A stretch of DNA of 64,000 nt from Opitutales bacterium (GTDB taxonomy: Bacteria > Verrucomicrobiota > Verrucomicrobiia > Opitutales > PNEW01), in NCBI GenBank assembly GCA_965197745.1, contig CBDANS010000006.1:1184001-1248000 (forward strand), given 5' to 3'. This document shows positions 1-10,468 of this stretch, one piece after another. Position 1 is the stretch's first letter; every line of letters starts with the position of its first letter. A program made the translations under genes and the position numbers. The notes beneath the pieces were generated by a model. That model saw only the letters and a list, made by a program, of their open reading frames with translations. It was not told the DNA's origin and ran no database searches.

Positions 1-752
1 TGATCATAAGGAAACATGGCTTTGGCATTGAGGGAAGTGGCTACCGGAATTGAGAGTTTCTCGGCCAGGGCGATCAGTTCAGCGCGAGCGCCCGAACTGG
101 TTACACCACCGCCAGCAACGATGACCGGCCGGTCGGCCCGGTTGAGTAACTGAAGCGCTGCCGAAATTTTTTCGGTCTCCGTTTCCGGACGGGAAGGGGG
201 CAGATGGGTAAACATCTCTTCGATGATGACCTCCAAATCGGCCTCCTCATTAACGACCATTCCTCCTTCAAGGCCCTCCAGGTTCAGATGAACGGGGCCG
301 GGTGTCCCCGATGTAGCTGAGCGGAAGGCCTGGCGTAAATAGATAGGGAGTTGTTCCGGATTGGAGACAAAAGCGCTGTATTTAGTGACGGCCGAGAAGG
401 GATTGACATGATCGACTTCCTGGTAGGCGTGACGTTGTTGGTGGATCTGGTATTCCCGTCCGGTTATGGCAATGACCGGAGAACAGGCGAGGTAGGCGTC
501 CTGTAAACCCGCGGCGAGATTAACCGCGCCCACCGATTGGGCCATACAGAGACCGGGGCTGCGGTTTACGCGGGCGTAAGCATCAGCCATATACGCAGCT
601 GCTTTTTCACCGTGGGTTTGAATCCGCTTTATCCCCAGTTTTTCCATTTCCATCAACGCCCGGGGGGCGATATAGGGCATATAGAAAACATGGGTTAATC
701 CGTGTCCATGGAATGTATCGGCAATGAATTTAGCGCCAGTCATTTTAGTCAT
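1..752 (-). CDS. Thiamine-diphosphate-binding enzyme (acetolactate synthase large subunit-like), 3' end runs off the window
   Basis: Not in ORF track. Manual translation from ATG 752: MTKMTGAKFIADTFHGHGLTHVFYMP...THGEKAAAYMADAYAR...GAVNLAAGLQDAYLACSPVIAITG (TPP_enzyme_N signature); GGAG upstream. Confidence 0.85.
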   Translation of the reverse strand, partial: MTKMTGAKFIADTFHGHGLTHVFYMPYIAPRALMEMEKLGIKRIQTHGEKAAAYMADAYARVNRSPGLCMAQSVGAVNLAAGLQDAYLACSPVIAITGREYQIHQQRHAYQEVDHVNPFSAVTKYSAFVSNPEQLPIYLRQAFRSATSGTPGPVHLNLEGLEGGMVVNEEADLEVIIEEMFTHLPPSRPETETEKISAALQLLNRADRPVIVAGGGVTSSGARAELIALAEKLSIPVATSLNAKAMFPYD

Positions 753-994
753 TATGCTTACATCTCCTGATTATATTTTACCTGGTTAGCACCCTCAGTT
801 GGCTAGAACAGGTAGATTCGGAATTGAATGCTCACTCGGATCTTCACGCTGCCATCTGGAATCGATATGATTTACTACCAGGCTTCCGGGCAATAGGACG
901 TATCCTGTTTAATTACGGGTTTATGTAACTTTCCCCCCGCTGTTACGAAAAACAGCAGCGATGTCTTAAAAAGGTGAGAACTTATTGAGATCGA

Positions 995-1300
995 TCACTT
1001 ACTATAACCGTTTAATTTATACAGGGTGTATTTGACCGTAATTTCTTCCCCGGTTTTAATCTCTCTATTGGTTTCCATCAAAGTACAATCATCGCGTTCT
1101 AACTTAGAACAGTTTGGGGTGTCACTGTGATTTACATAACCCCCCAGAGGCGTGCGAATGGCGCCGTGATCAAATCTTTCATCCTTAATGTGAATGATGC
1201 CTAAAAGCGTCCCTCGCGGGAGGTCTTCTTTTGCGTAGATACCAAATCCATGAAGGGGGGATGCTTTGATGGTAAGAAAGTCGGGTAATGGTTTATACAT
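995..1300 (-). CDS. Small SET-domain protein (putative lysine methyltransferase)
   Basis: SPLHGFGIYA, YVNHSDTPN and GEEITVKY SET motifs. Confidence 0.85.
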   Translation of the reverse strand: MYKPLPDFLTIKASPLHGFGIYAKEDLPRGTLLGIIHIKDERFDHGAIRTPLGGYVNHSDTPNCSKLERDDCTLMETNREIKTGEEITVKYTLYKLNGYSK

Positions 1301-1434
1301 AATTCAAGGGTTTGTTTAGTAGATGATGACCCATCTTTTTTTTATTTTAAATCACCGCAGTCAAGAAAAAGATAAAGATATAGCTTATAAATTGAAAATA
1401 TACGCATTTCTAATCCCCTGGCAGACTTTTTTGA

Positions 1435-2343
1435 CTAGATGCGGTAATATATTTCCGCGTTTTTCCAGAACAAACGTGAACGTTCCCTCTCGGAAAAATC
1501 TTTGACAATCTCAGCATAGGCGCCCCATAGCCGGCTGTAGCCGGACATGATTTTATCGACGGGAAAATTACTGGCGAACATGCAGCGTTCGACTCCCATG
1601 ATCTCAATCGCACCCAGGACAAACGGTCTTATCATTTCCATGGTCCAGTTTTTGTTCATCATGGGCAAAGCCGAGATCTTGACTGAGACCTGCGACGCCT
1701 CGGCAAGTGATTGAAGTCCGGACTTCCACTGGTCCAGGTTCGATAGGTCCAAGTCTTTCGGCATTCCGGTGTGATTTAATATGATCGGAACCTCCGGGAT
1801 TTTTTTCGCAAGCTGGGCGGCCTCCTCCAGCTGCCATGGCCAGATCTGCAAATCGAAAGATAAATTGTTTTTACCCAGGAATCGAAAGCCACGCTGCCAA
1901 TCGGAATCGTTCATGAGGTGATTGTGATCAGTGAATCGAAGAGTGGAGTCTTCCGCAAAATTTAACATTTGACGAATACCGCGCATGTTCGGGTGCTCTA
2001 TGTGACGGGCCAGTGTATCGGCGACTTCGGGTGTGGATAAATTCGCAAACCCCACGATGGCATGGGGCATACCGCGGGAATACGGGTCGTCGGCAACAGA
2101 CTGAAGCCAGGCCGTCTCTTTCACGGGATCTTCGTCGTGATCGAACTCTACCTGGATATGAACGCACTTGTGCAGTTCAACGGCTGAGGCATCATTATGC
2201 AGGTCGACAATAAGGTATGACTTGGCGAGGTCAGAAAAGTCACCCGCGAAATGAGAAATGGGTTCGACAAGCCAGGGGTAGTGATTTTTTTCGAGATCCC
2301 AGAGGTGGATGTGCGTATCAATAATTTTCATCGTGGATTTCAT
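1435..2343 (-). CDS. Amidohydrolase_2 family (L-fuconolactonase-like)
   Basis: IIDTHIHLWD, LNHTG, KISAL, MFASNFPVD. Confidence 0.85.
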   Translation of the reverse strand: MKSTMKIIDTHIHLWDLEKNHYPWLVEPISHFAGDFSDLAKSYLIVDLHNDASAVELHKCVHIQVEFDHDEDPVKETAWLQSVADDPYSRGMPHAIVGFANLSTPEVADTLARHIEHPNMRGIRQMLNFAEDSTLRFTDHNHLMNDSDWQRGFRFLGKNNLSFDLQIWPWQLEEAAQLAKKIPEVPIILNHTGMPKDLDLSNLDQWKSGLQSLAEASQVSVKISALPMMNKNWTMEMIRPFVLGAIEIMGVERCMFASNFPVDKIMSGYSRLWGAYAEIVKDFSERERSRLFWKNAEIYYRI

Positions 2344-2400
2344 AGAGCCTTCATTTTACGGGGCAACAACCGTATGGCAAAATTGGCATTCGAGGCAGGT

Positions 2401-3345
2401 TTATTTTTCGATAAGACCCGTGATGAATGCCTGAAGTTCATCCTGTTGTTGATCATTGAACGTGTAATAAGGCGGTCTGCGGTAGCGTTTCGAATGGCCG
2501 GCAAATTCCAATATGCCGTGAACCGCCGCGTCAAAGCCACCTTCTACGGCATTTTCGCCAACAGCTTTTATATAATCAAATAAAGGCATATCGTAGTCAC
2601 GTATGAAATCGGTGGCTGTTTTCATATCCCCTTCGGATATGGCATTCCAATAGCGCCACGCCAATTCCGGGCAAAAGAGAATAAATAATGAGAAACCGCC
2701 ATCCACGCCATAGGGCAGCATGTTCATATGATTCTCTTTTAACCCTCCCGCGATTATCGCCCAATGGTCATGGGCAATAAGGCATACCTTTCGAACAAAT
2801 ACGCCGCCAACATCGTCCTTGAGAGCAACCACCCCGGGCGCGCGATTAACAAGGGCCTCGATTACTTTGTAAGCAAAAGCCTCCGGACGGTTTCTTAAAT
2901 AATTTGTTACAATCATAACAGGGATATGCTCACCTGCGGCACTGTAATGTGCGACGAGTGTTTCTACGGTTGTCGAACCCGCCCAGTCGGGAGGTAAAAC
3001 CATGAGCATATCCGCCCCCAGGTCCGCGCAGTATTTCGCGAATGCTTTTGTTTTTCCCGTCCACCATTGATGGGTGGCTGCAACGACCATGGCGCGATTA
3101 TTGACGTGCTTAACGACCACTTTGGTAACCTCTGTGACTTCACTATCATTGAGAAGGGAAAATAAACTGTCACCCCATGTAAGAATAACGTTCTTAGCAC
3201 CTGCCTCGATGACATAGTCCAGTTGCCGACACAGACCACCCCAGTCAATCTCACCATCTGATTTAAAAGGGGTTCGAATTGACGGACAGGGACCGGAGAG
3301 AGCGGTCCGAAGTTCGGGGGGGCATTTCTCAATAGTGTGAACCAT
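2401..3345 (-). CDS. Dihydrodipicolinate synthase/N-acetylneuraminate lyase family aldolase
   Basis: TPFKSDGEID, GADMLMVLPP, Schiff-base VALKD. Confidence 0.8.
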   Translation of the reverse strand: MVHTIEKCPPELRTALSGPCPSIRTPFKSDGEIDWGGLCRQLDYVIEAGAKNVILTWGDSLFSLLNDSEVTEVTKVVVKHVNNRAMVVAATHQWWTGKTKAFAKYCADLGADMLMVLPPDWAGSTTVETLVAHYSAAGEHIPVMIVTNYLRNRPEAFAYKVIEALVNRAPGVVALKDDVGGVFVRKVCLIAHDHWAIIAGGLKENHMNMLPYGVDGGFSLFILFCPELAWRYWNAISEGDMKTATDFIRDYDMPLFDYIKAVGENAVEGGFDAAVHGILEFAGHSKRYRRPPYYTFNDQQQDELQAFITGLIEK

Positions 3346-3366
3346 AAATAATTCGTCAGACGTATA

Positions 3367-3978
3367 TTACTCTTTCTCGGTGTAACAGGACTCGACGATG
3401 GACGGATTTAAGAGGGAAATTTCTTTTGCAATCTCGTCGGTGGTATAGCGCGGCGTGATGTGTTGAGGGCAATTCCAATCATATGCGCGAATTTTCATGA
3501 TAAATATACGCTCGATGTGAGCTTCGTAGTCAGGCATTTCAACGCTCTTTACCAACTCAGGTTCTTCGTTGGCATGATGCACTTCGCTCTCGGCCCAGAT
3601 CTTCAGACGCTGCTTTGTCGGATAATCAATTAAAAACAGGGAAGTCTTTTTAGTGCTGATTATATTTCCGGAGCTGATGTACTGACGGTTTCCCCGGAAA
3701 TCAGCAAAGCCCAGGGTGCTATCGTCGAGAACTTTCAAGAAACCTATCGGTCCGCCGCGGAATTGAACATAGGGCCAACCGTTATCACCGACGGTTGCGA
3801 GATAAAAGCTGTCACGACTTTCAATAAAAGGTTTTTCGCGATCGGTAAGAACGTAACGATCACCCGAAAGTTCCATACGTGAGTAGGATTTGCGCGAGCC
3901 ATACTGCTCCTGAAACTGCTTTACGCTCTCGGTAAAAGCATACTTTGTGAAATTTTCATTCATTTTATTTCCTTTCAC
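3367..3978 (-). CDS. Pyridoxamine 5'-phosphate oxidase-like FMN-binding protein
   Basis: GWPYVQFRGGPIGF, DFRGNRQYIS, DWNCPQHITPRY. Confidence 0.85.
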   Translation of the reverse strand: MKGNKMNENFTKYAFTESVKQFQEQYGSRKSYSRMELSGDRYVLTDREKPFIESRDSFYLATVGDNGWPYVQFRGGPIGFLKVLDDSTLGFADFRGNRQYISSGNIISTKKTSLFLIDYPTKQRLKIWAESEVHHANEEPELVKSVEMPDYEAHIERIFIMKIRAYDWNCPQHITPRYTTDEIAKEISLLNPSIVESCYTEKE

Positions 3979-4124
3979 TTAATTTATTTACAGGAGGCTA
4001 TATTTCTGAGGGATTAACTGTCGAGGATTTGAGGCAGCTTACTTTCCTTGTATATTTAATTTAATGCGGATTTAATTACCTGTTACCGGGTCATTTTCTT
4101 CAAGATTATTTAGCATGCAAGGTT

Positions 4125-4608
4125 ATGAGAACGCTTCGTGAATATTGGGTATTCGCGATTATTTTAAAGGCTGCGATCATCATGGGTCTCCTGGGCTGCT
4201 CGGAGAACAATGATTCCAGAACTGAAATCGAACGGGATGTGCCGAAACGAGGACCCGTAAATACTGAAGGATTCCGCTTTCATTACACCGGTCCGTTCCC
4301 CACAACCTTCAGTGAAGCTCCAGAACTTGCTAAAATGGTCGAAGAGGGTAAATTGCCGCCAATCATAGACCGCCTTCCGGAGGAACCCCTGGTTGTTCCC
4401 CCTATCGAGAGGATCGGGCAATACGGCGGCACCTGGAAGCGCGGATTCACCGGGCCTATTGACCGTCAAAATATCGACCGGATTATGCATGACCATATGG
4501 TCTATTACGACCTGGACGGACATACCCTGATGCCGCATATTGCGAAAGGTTGGGATATGAGCGAAGACGGAACTACCTTTACTTTCCATCTGCGCAAGGG
4601 GATGAAGG
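4125..4608 (+). pseudogene. 5' fragment of family-5 ABC solute-binding lipoprotein, truncated by IS3
   Basis: Lipobox LLGC; EAPELAKMVEEGKLPP...IGQYGG...TFHLRKGMK, then IS end begins at 4609. Confidence 0.85.
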
Positions 4609-5926
4609 TGGTCGTGACCACGAAAACTGGTACACTTGAAAAGTTAGTCTGGGTAACCTAGAAAGGACTCAGACAATGAAAGGCAAAAGATACACAACTG
4701 AAGAGAAAATACGGATGCTGCGGCAGGCGGACAAAGGGAAAACGATCCTGGAAGCATGCCGCGAGAACAACATTAGCGAACAGACTTTCCACCGCTGGAA
4801 GCGTGAGTTTGGGATGATTGATGTCGACCAGGCCAAGCGGATGAAGGAACTCTTTGAAGGAGAACGCGCGGTTAAAACGGATGCTGGCGGACAAGATGCT
4901 GGGGATAGAGATCCTGCAGGAGACCCTCGAAAAAAAACTGTAAGCCCTGGGCACAAGCGGCAAGTGGCAGAGAGACTTGTGGCTCGGGGCCAGTGTTCGA
5001 TGCGAGCGGGGTGCCGGTACTTTCGGCTGCACCGTTCCACCTATGCGTATAAGGCGAAGCATCCGGATGCTTGGTTAATGAAACTGAAGGCGGCAGTAAG
5101 GCGGTTATCACGGCAATATGCCAGGTGGGGCTATCCGAAGATCACGAAGCTGTTGAAAGACGAAGGCTGGGAGGTGGGTAAACGTCTCGTGCAAGGTCTA
5201 CGACGCGAACTGGGCTTGGCGATCCCCCAACGCAAGCCAAGACGTCGGGGCAGGGGTGTTTCCACCGGGCTGCCGACCAAGGCCGAACATCCCGGCCATG
5301 TTTGGACCTGGGATTTTATCCACGATAAGACGGTCCGCGGTGGCAGTTTAAAAATGTTGACCGTGCTCGATGAGTACACCCGCGAGTGTCGAGTGATCCA
5401 TGTTGATCGCCATATCAATGCGGAAACGGTGCGCGGTATCATGCAAAAACTGCTTGCCCGTCATGGGCCGCCACAATATATTCGCAGTGACAACGGTTCC
5501 GTTCCGAGGAGCGAAGCGACGACATGCGAAGCCATTCATTGAAAAGGAATTGAGAGCCTGGCTAACTGCGATGAAAATCAAAACCCTCTATATCGAACCA
5601 GGAAGCCCTTGGCAGAACGGATACATCGAATCGTTGCATGCCCGTTTTCGCGAGGAGTGTTTAAACCGTGAACAGCTATGGACTTTGACCGAAGCCCGCG
5701 TGGTGATCGAGGACTGGCGCTGGCTTTACAATAATGTCCGACCCCACCGCAGCCTCGGCAATATCACCCCACGGTGCTTCGCTGAAGACATTAATACCGA
5801 AGGCTTGGGCTCCATTCGGGCTACGCCCTCATTGCGCCCAAGCCTTGACTTCCTCTACCAACTTAACTTCAACATTAACCTCTCCAGACTAACTCTCTCG
5901 GTGGACCAGTTTACGTAACCCGATCA
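4609..5926 (+). mobile_element. IS3-family element type A, copy 1 (1318 bp), defective transposase
   Basis: TG...CA ends; IRL TGGTCGTGACCACGAAAACTGGTACAC vs IRR TGATCGGGTTACGTAAACTGGTCCAC; orfA HTH, A8 slippery site 4930-4937, DDE motifs WTWDF/SDNG/QNGYIES; no TSD. Confidence 0.95.
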
Positions 5927-5970
5927 GGTGCAGACACTCCCGTGAGTTAACATTAGCTTTATGGAGTCAA

Positions 5971-6957
5971 ATGAACGAAGACCGAATAAAACATTTTCTT
6001 GTAGAAATTGGAATTAAAGGAGCGGATGATATCTATCGAAAGTCTTATTTCAGCAATGATTTTACGGATAGGCAGATTTATGTCGTAGAAAATAGTGCAA
6101 TAATAAAAACCTATAGTCGAAACGCACTTGGCAGTTATACGCTTGAGCAATATCTTGGGTCCATTATTGAGCAAGAAAACATATGGGCACCTCAGATTCT
6201 AGGGTATGCTTCATATGATGACGAAGCCTACCTTGTATTAGACTTCGTTGCCGGTCCCGTGTTGAATGATGTATATCAACAGCTGTCGTTTCATGACTAC
6301 TGCTTCATGCTAAGCTCATTGGGAAAAGCGATGCATTCGTTTCATTCCGTAAGCTTAAACGATAGACTGAATGTTCCTACCATTAAAGGGCATTCACCAA
6401 ACCATGTAACCGAGTCCAAGCAAAGATGGCGTGATTACACTGTTACCCTTGAGGCATTGTGCGATGCTGAACTGGTGACTCATATCGGCAAGACTGTCAT
6501 TTGCAGCTGTATTGACAATGTGTCTGACAGGGCGTTTTCAACAGATACCGTATTAAGCCATACGGATATTCACAACGAGAACGTGATGTTCGATAAGCGA
6601 AACTCGGAACGGCCGATCTCGATCATCGACTGGGAAATGGCCGCGATCCAGCCCAAGGAGCTGGACTTCGTTCATCCACTCCTGAATATCTTAGGTGAAG
6701 GATTTCCTGGGAGGCGTTTGGCCAATCAAGTCGTCTGTGGCAGTCAGAACGAGTTTCTAAGATCATTTGAAGATGGATATGGAGAGAGAATTGATTGGGA
6801 GGTTGTGATTTGTCACAGTTTTCTCTGGTATCTGGAATGTGCTCTCGAATCACATAATGAAGGTGAGGAAAGTTTAAGAAACTTCTATATTAAAACAGGA
6901 TTGGGTGGCTTGGAGTTTATAGGAGGGACTCAGTTAGATGAACTAACAAATGTATGA
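5971..6957 (+). CDS. APH/choline kinase-like phosphotransferase
   Basis: Brenner motif HTDIHNEN and IIDWE. Confidence 0.8.
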   Translation: MNEDRIKHFLVEIGIKGADDIYRKSYFSNDFTDRQIYVVENSAIIKTYSRNALGSYTLEQYLGSIIEQENIWAPQILGYASYDDEAYLVLDFVAGPVLNDVYQQLSFHDYCFMLSSLGKAMHSFHSVSLNDRLNVPTIKGHSPNHVTESKQRWRDYTVTLEALCDAELVTHIGKTVICSCIDNVSDRAFSTDTVLSHTDIHNENVMFDKRNSERPISIIDWEMAAIQPKELDFVHPLLNILGEGFPGRRLANQVVCGSQNEFLRSFEDGYGERIDWEVVICHSFLWYLECALESHNEGEESLRNFYIKTGLGGLEFIGGTQLDELTNV

Positions 6958-7056
6958 AAAGTTAAATCGAGTCAGGCCATGTATTCCGGTAAAATAGTAA
7001 AATGCCAGTACCGAGCCTCGAAACTGCGGGACGACAGTTCACATGCAGCGCATGAC

Positions 7057-7989
7057 TTATTTCTCTTCAATCGCCGGATCGCCGTCGTTATCATCGACAG
7101 ATTGGTTGGATAAAATTTGAATTAATACAGCTCGATTCGGTCCGGAAGCAACTATCTGGCATTCGAAATTCTCGTTAACATCTATTGACGACTCCGCCGC
7201 TATTCTGTATTCTCGTTCTGCAGCCCCGAGAAATGTAGATTGGGATCTAAACGCATCCCTGGTGTAGTGTTCTGCAGATAGCCTCAGTCTAACTAATCTC
7301 TCTTCTTTCGCATTGTTTACTATCCGAAAATGCGTATGCGCAACGTTTTCTTCAAATCCCCATGTTGTATCAACTATCTCAATTTCGCTTTGCTTCAGGA
7401 GTGCGTAAATGAGCGATACAATAAGGCAAGCAGCGATAGTAGACCAAAACATCAAAGCATTTCCTTTTTTCCTTTTTTTCATCGACGTAGTTTGTATGCC
7501 AGGCTGTGGGGTGCGGTGCGATTGTAACCTATCGAACCTTTGGCGATTCTCGAAGACATCACTCTTCACGTATGGATTGGATTGCTTCGACCCTCCTTTA
7601 ACTGTCGCCGTTAATTCGCTCATCCGCTTGTCAATTTCGGTCTGGAGCCCTTTACCGACAAAACCAGAACACTTATTATAGAAGAACAATGCTTTTTCGA
7701 AGTTTTCAATCTTCGTGTCATTGCATTCGCTTCCTATTCCTTTCGCTCGATAAATTTCACTCATCAAGTAGCTTTTCTCGATAACCATTCGATCTGATTC
7801 CTCGAAAAGACGATAGACTTCGTCAACCGAGAGTGAAAGCAACATGCTTGCTGGCAAGCCAATCCATTGGCCGGTTATTTCATCAAGATCTGCTTCAATA
7901 CTTTCTTGAGAGGAGCTTTGATTGAGGATGCGGCGAATAAATTCACCTATCTGTTGAATCATCCGTAAAATATAATCTTCTCGAATCAT
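7057..7989 (-). CDS. Hypothetical membrane protein (MIREDYILRMI-type N-terminus, one TM segment, C-terminal domain)
   Basis: 310-aa ORF with hydrophobic segment ALMFWSTIAACLIVSLIYALL. Confidence 0.65.
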   Translation of the reverse strand: MIREDYILRMIQQIGEFIRRILNQSSSQESIEADLDEITGQWIGLPASMLLSLSVDEVYRLFEESDRMVIEKSYLMSEIYRAKGIGSECNDTKIENFEKALFFYNKCSGFVGKGLQTEIDKRMSELTATVKGGSKQSNPYVKSDVFENRQRFDRLQSHRTPQPGIQTTSMKKRKKGNALMFWSTIAACLIVSLIYALLKQSEIEIVDTTWGFEENVAHTHFRIVNNAKEERLVRLRLSAEHYTRDAFRSQSTFLGAAEREYRIAAESSIDVNENFECQIVASGPNRAVLIQILSNQSVDDNDGDPAIEEK

Positions 7990-8255
7990 ATGCCTTCATG
8001 CCCCCAAGCGCTATGACGTGCGCCGACTTGTTAGCGTGCTTTGGTCAGGGTTCAGGTTAATCGCGAGAATGGCGAGCCGAAAGAACGGTCCCTTTATCGG
8101 TTCCACTTTAGCGAAAACGACTGACTGAATTTGTGAAATCCTTGAGGAAATAAGAGTGAGCGCTTCCGAAGCAGAATTGACCTTCTTCTATTATAGCCCA
8201 ATAAATGCTTATTCTTTTGGACTTTTCAGAATCCGTTCAACTCTTTTAGCAAACA

Positions 8256-9077
8256 ATGTCTATAATCAACACAGTAGATCATGAGCACGCATCTCGCTTT
8301 AAAGCAAATAGTGTTGTGGAACGGTATGGGTTTCGTTCTCCTTATCACCGGGATATAATTGATTTTCTCATTTCACTGATCCCTGAGCATGCGACAGCCG
8401 TACTGGATGCCGGTTGTGGACCGGGAAAGATCGCGCGTGAATTAATAGGTAAGGTTGATCGCATCGATGCTGTTGATTTCTCGGAAGAAATGATCCGACT
8501 GGGCAAATCATTGCCTAATGGCGACAATCCTAAAATCTGCTGGATGCACTCGAGAATTGAAGAGGCAACACTCAATCCGCCCTACGGTCTAATAGTTGTC
8601 GGTGCCAGTTTGCATTGGATGGAGCTGAATCTTGTTTTTCATAAGTTTAATGATGCGCTCGATCCAGCTGGCTCTCTAGTTATTATTGATGGGGATGGCC
8701 CCTGCAAAGTCCCTTGGGAGGAATTTCGAAATGATCTGATTTCCGAGTATTCAACCTATAAAGACTTCGTTCCCTTTGATGCGGTAAAAGCGTTGGAAAG
8801 CTCGGGTTATTTTTAGTTGATTGAACATCGCGTAATGGGGCCTTACGATTTCAATCAAACGATTGACCAATTTCTGAACGCAGAACACTCGCGAGCGTCT
8901 CTCTCAATAGAAGGACTGGGGGAAAACAAACGAAATGAATTTGACTGTAAAATGAAGGAAATTCTTCAACCGTTTATCGAAAATGGTATTTTAAAATACC
9001 AAGTAAAAACACGGGTCGTGTGGGGAAAAGCCATACACTGTGAACAGGATAACCAGATGAATAGTTCTACAGCGTAA
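8256..9077 (+). pseudogene. Class I SAM methyltransferase split by in-frame TAG (8814-8816)
   Basis: VLDAGCGPG motif I; ORFs 8256-8816 and 8817-9077 are in the same frame and read as one protein. Confidence 0.75.
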
Positions 9078-9907
9078 TGGCTAAACATATAGAAGAATTG
9101 AATAGGAAAATGTTCTCTTCTGCTTCTAAGTTTCTTGAGGGAAGCAGAAGTGAAATGGATAAATCCTATATCAATTTCATTTCTGCAGCTATAAAGAATA
9201 AAGGCGTAACTAATTTTTTGGACATCGGTTGTGGGTTAGGATTCTTAACGAAAATCACAAAATCACTTGTCCCCAAATCTAGTGCAACGGGAGTAGATAT
9301 TTCTCCTGAATTAATTGAAATTGCTAAAAGAGATTCAGACGAGACATACAATTTTAAAGTCGATGACGCGTACGATTTATCATTTGAATCGGATACTTTT
9401 GATCTAACTATATGTCAGACTTTATTTATGCATTTATCACAACCTGAGAAAGCGTTGCGTCAGATGATTCAGGTTACTAAGCCGGGAGGTCAAGTTTTAG
9501 TAATTGAACCAATAATTCACTCTGACGGAAAGAATAGCTATGTTCCTGGAGAAGGATCAGTGAAAAAGATGCAAAGAGACAAGCTACATCGCTTTGATCA
9601 GACTCAAAAGGAAAGTGGAGGAATTGATATGTTTATTGCACCTAAGTTACCGAGTCTGTTTTTACAAAATAACTTAAATGACGTTCAAGTAACCTCTTTC
9701 AATCATTTTATATTAAAGACAGATTTAGTTTCAGAAAAATTAGATAAGGTTGAATTAAGTTCATATTATAAAATGATGATTTCATTAGGTTATCCAAAAT
9801 CCGAAATTGAAGAACTATTAAAGAATGAAGCTTTGTATAAATCCGTCCCAGGTGAGTTCAATTTTATAACATTGCTTGCGGTATCTGGCATTAAACCAAA
9901 TACATAG
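9077..9907 (+). CDS. Class I SAM-dependent methyltransferase
   Basis: FLDIGCGLG, TFDLTICQTLFMHL, VTKPGG. Confidence 0.85.
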   Translation: MAKHIEELNRKMFSSASKFLEGSRSEMDKSYINFISAAIKNKGVTNFLDIGCGLGFLTKITKSLVPKSSATGVDISPELIEIAKRDSDETYNFKVDDAYDLSFESDTFDLTICQTLFMHLSQPEKALRQMIQVTKPGGQVLVIEPIIHSDGKNSYVPGEGSVKKMQRDKLHRFDQTQKESGGIDMFIAPKLPSLFLQNNLNDVQVTSFNHFILKTDLVSEKLDKVELSSYYKMMISLGYPKSEIEELLKNEALYKSVPGEFNFITLLAVSGIKPNT

Positions 9908-9964
9908 ATTTGATTGGGTTAAAAACGTAGAACATAGGGTAGAAAATAAATAACACGAACCGCT

Positions 9965-10435
9965 ATGAATCCTCAGTACGACGACCAATGTGAATCATGT
10001 AAAAACCTGCAAGGACAGATACGATTATCTAATGCACCAAGAATATTTGAAACTGCTCATTGGATAATTGAACACGTGCATCCCACTTCGGTAGAGGGAT
10101 GGGTGGTGTTGGTTTTAAAGAGACATTGCAAAGCCCTTCATGAACTAACTGCAGATGAATATTCAGAATTTAGTAAATTGCTTAAATCCGTTTGTGAAGC
10201 ATTACACAGTATACTAGATACAGAAAAAGAATACGTCATGCAATTTGCAGAAATGGCTGGATTCCACCACGTTCATTTTCATGTAATTGCCAGAGGAAAG
10301 GACTGGCCTGCAGAACTCAAAGGGCCACGAGTATTTTCTGGACACGGGGAAAAGGTGGAAAATCCTTTGACGTCCGAAGTAACAATTTCAATCGCGCTTA
10401 AAATTCAAAGTTATCTTCAATCACATTTTGAGTGA
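9965..10435 (+). CDS. HIT-family protein
   Basis: CxxC near N-terminus, HVHFH triad. Confidence 0.85.
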   Translation: MNPQYDDQCESCKNLQGQIRLSNAPRIFETAHWIIEHVHPTSVEGWVVLVLKRHCKALHELTADEYSEFSKLLKSVCEALHSILDTEKEYVMQFAEMAGFHHVHFHVIARGKDWPAELKGPRVFSGHGEKVENPLTSEVTISIALKIQSYLQSHFE

Positions 10436-10468
10436 TGACTTTTATTATACTTGGTGAACTGAATTTCT

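Noticed and set aside
753..994. TPP riboswitch upstream of the ThDP enzyme
   Set aside because: Conserved CUGAGA and ACCUGAU...UAAU core not found on the coding strand
5927..5936. GGTGCAGACA as a remnant end of another IS resembling the type B IR
   Set aside because: Only ~10 bp; chance similarity cannot be excluded
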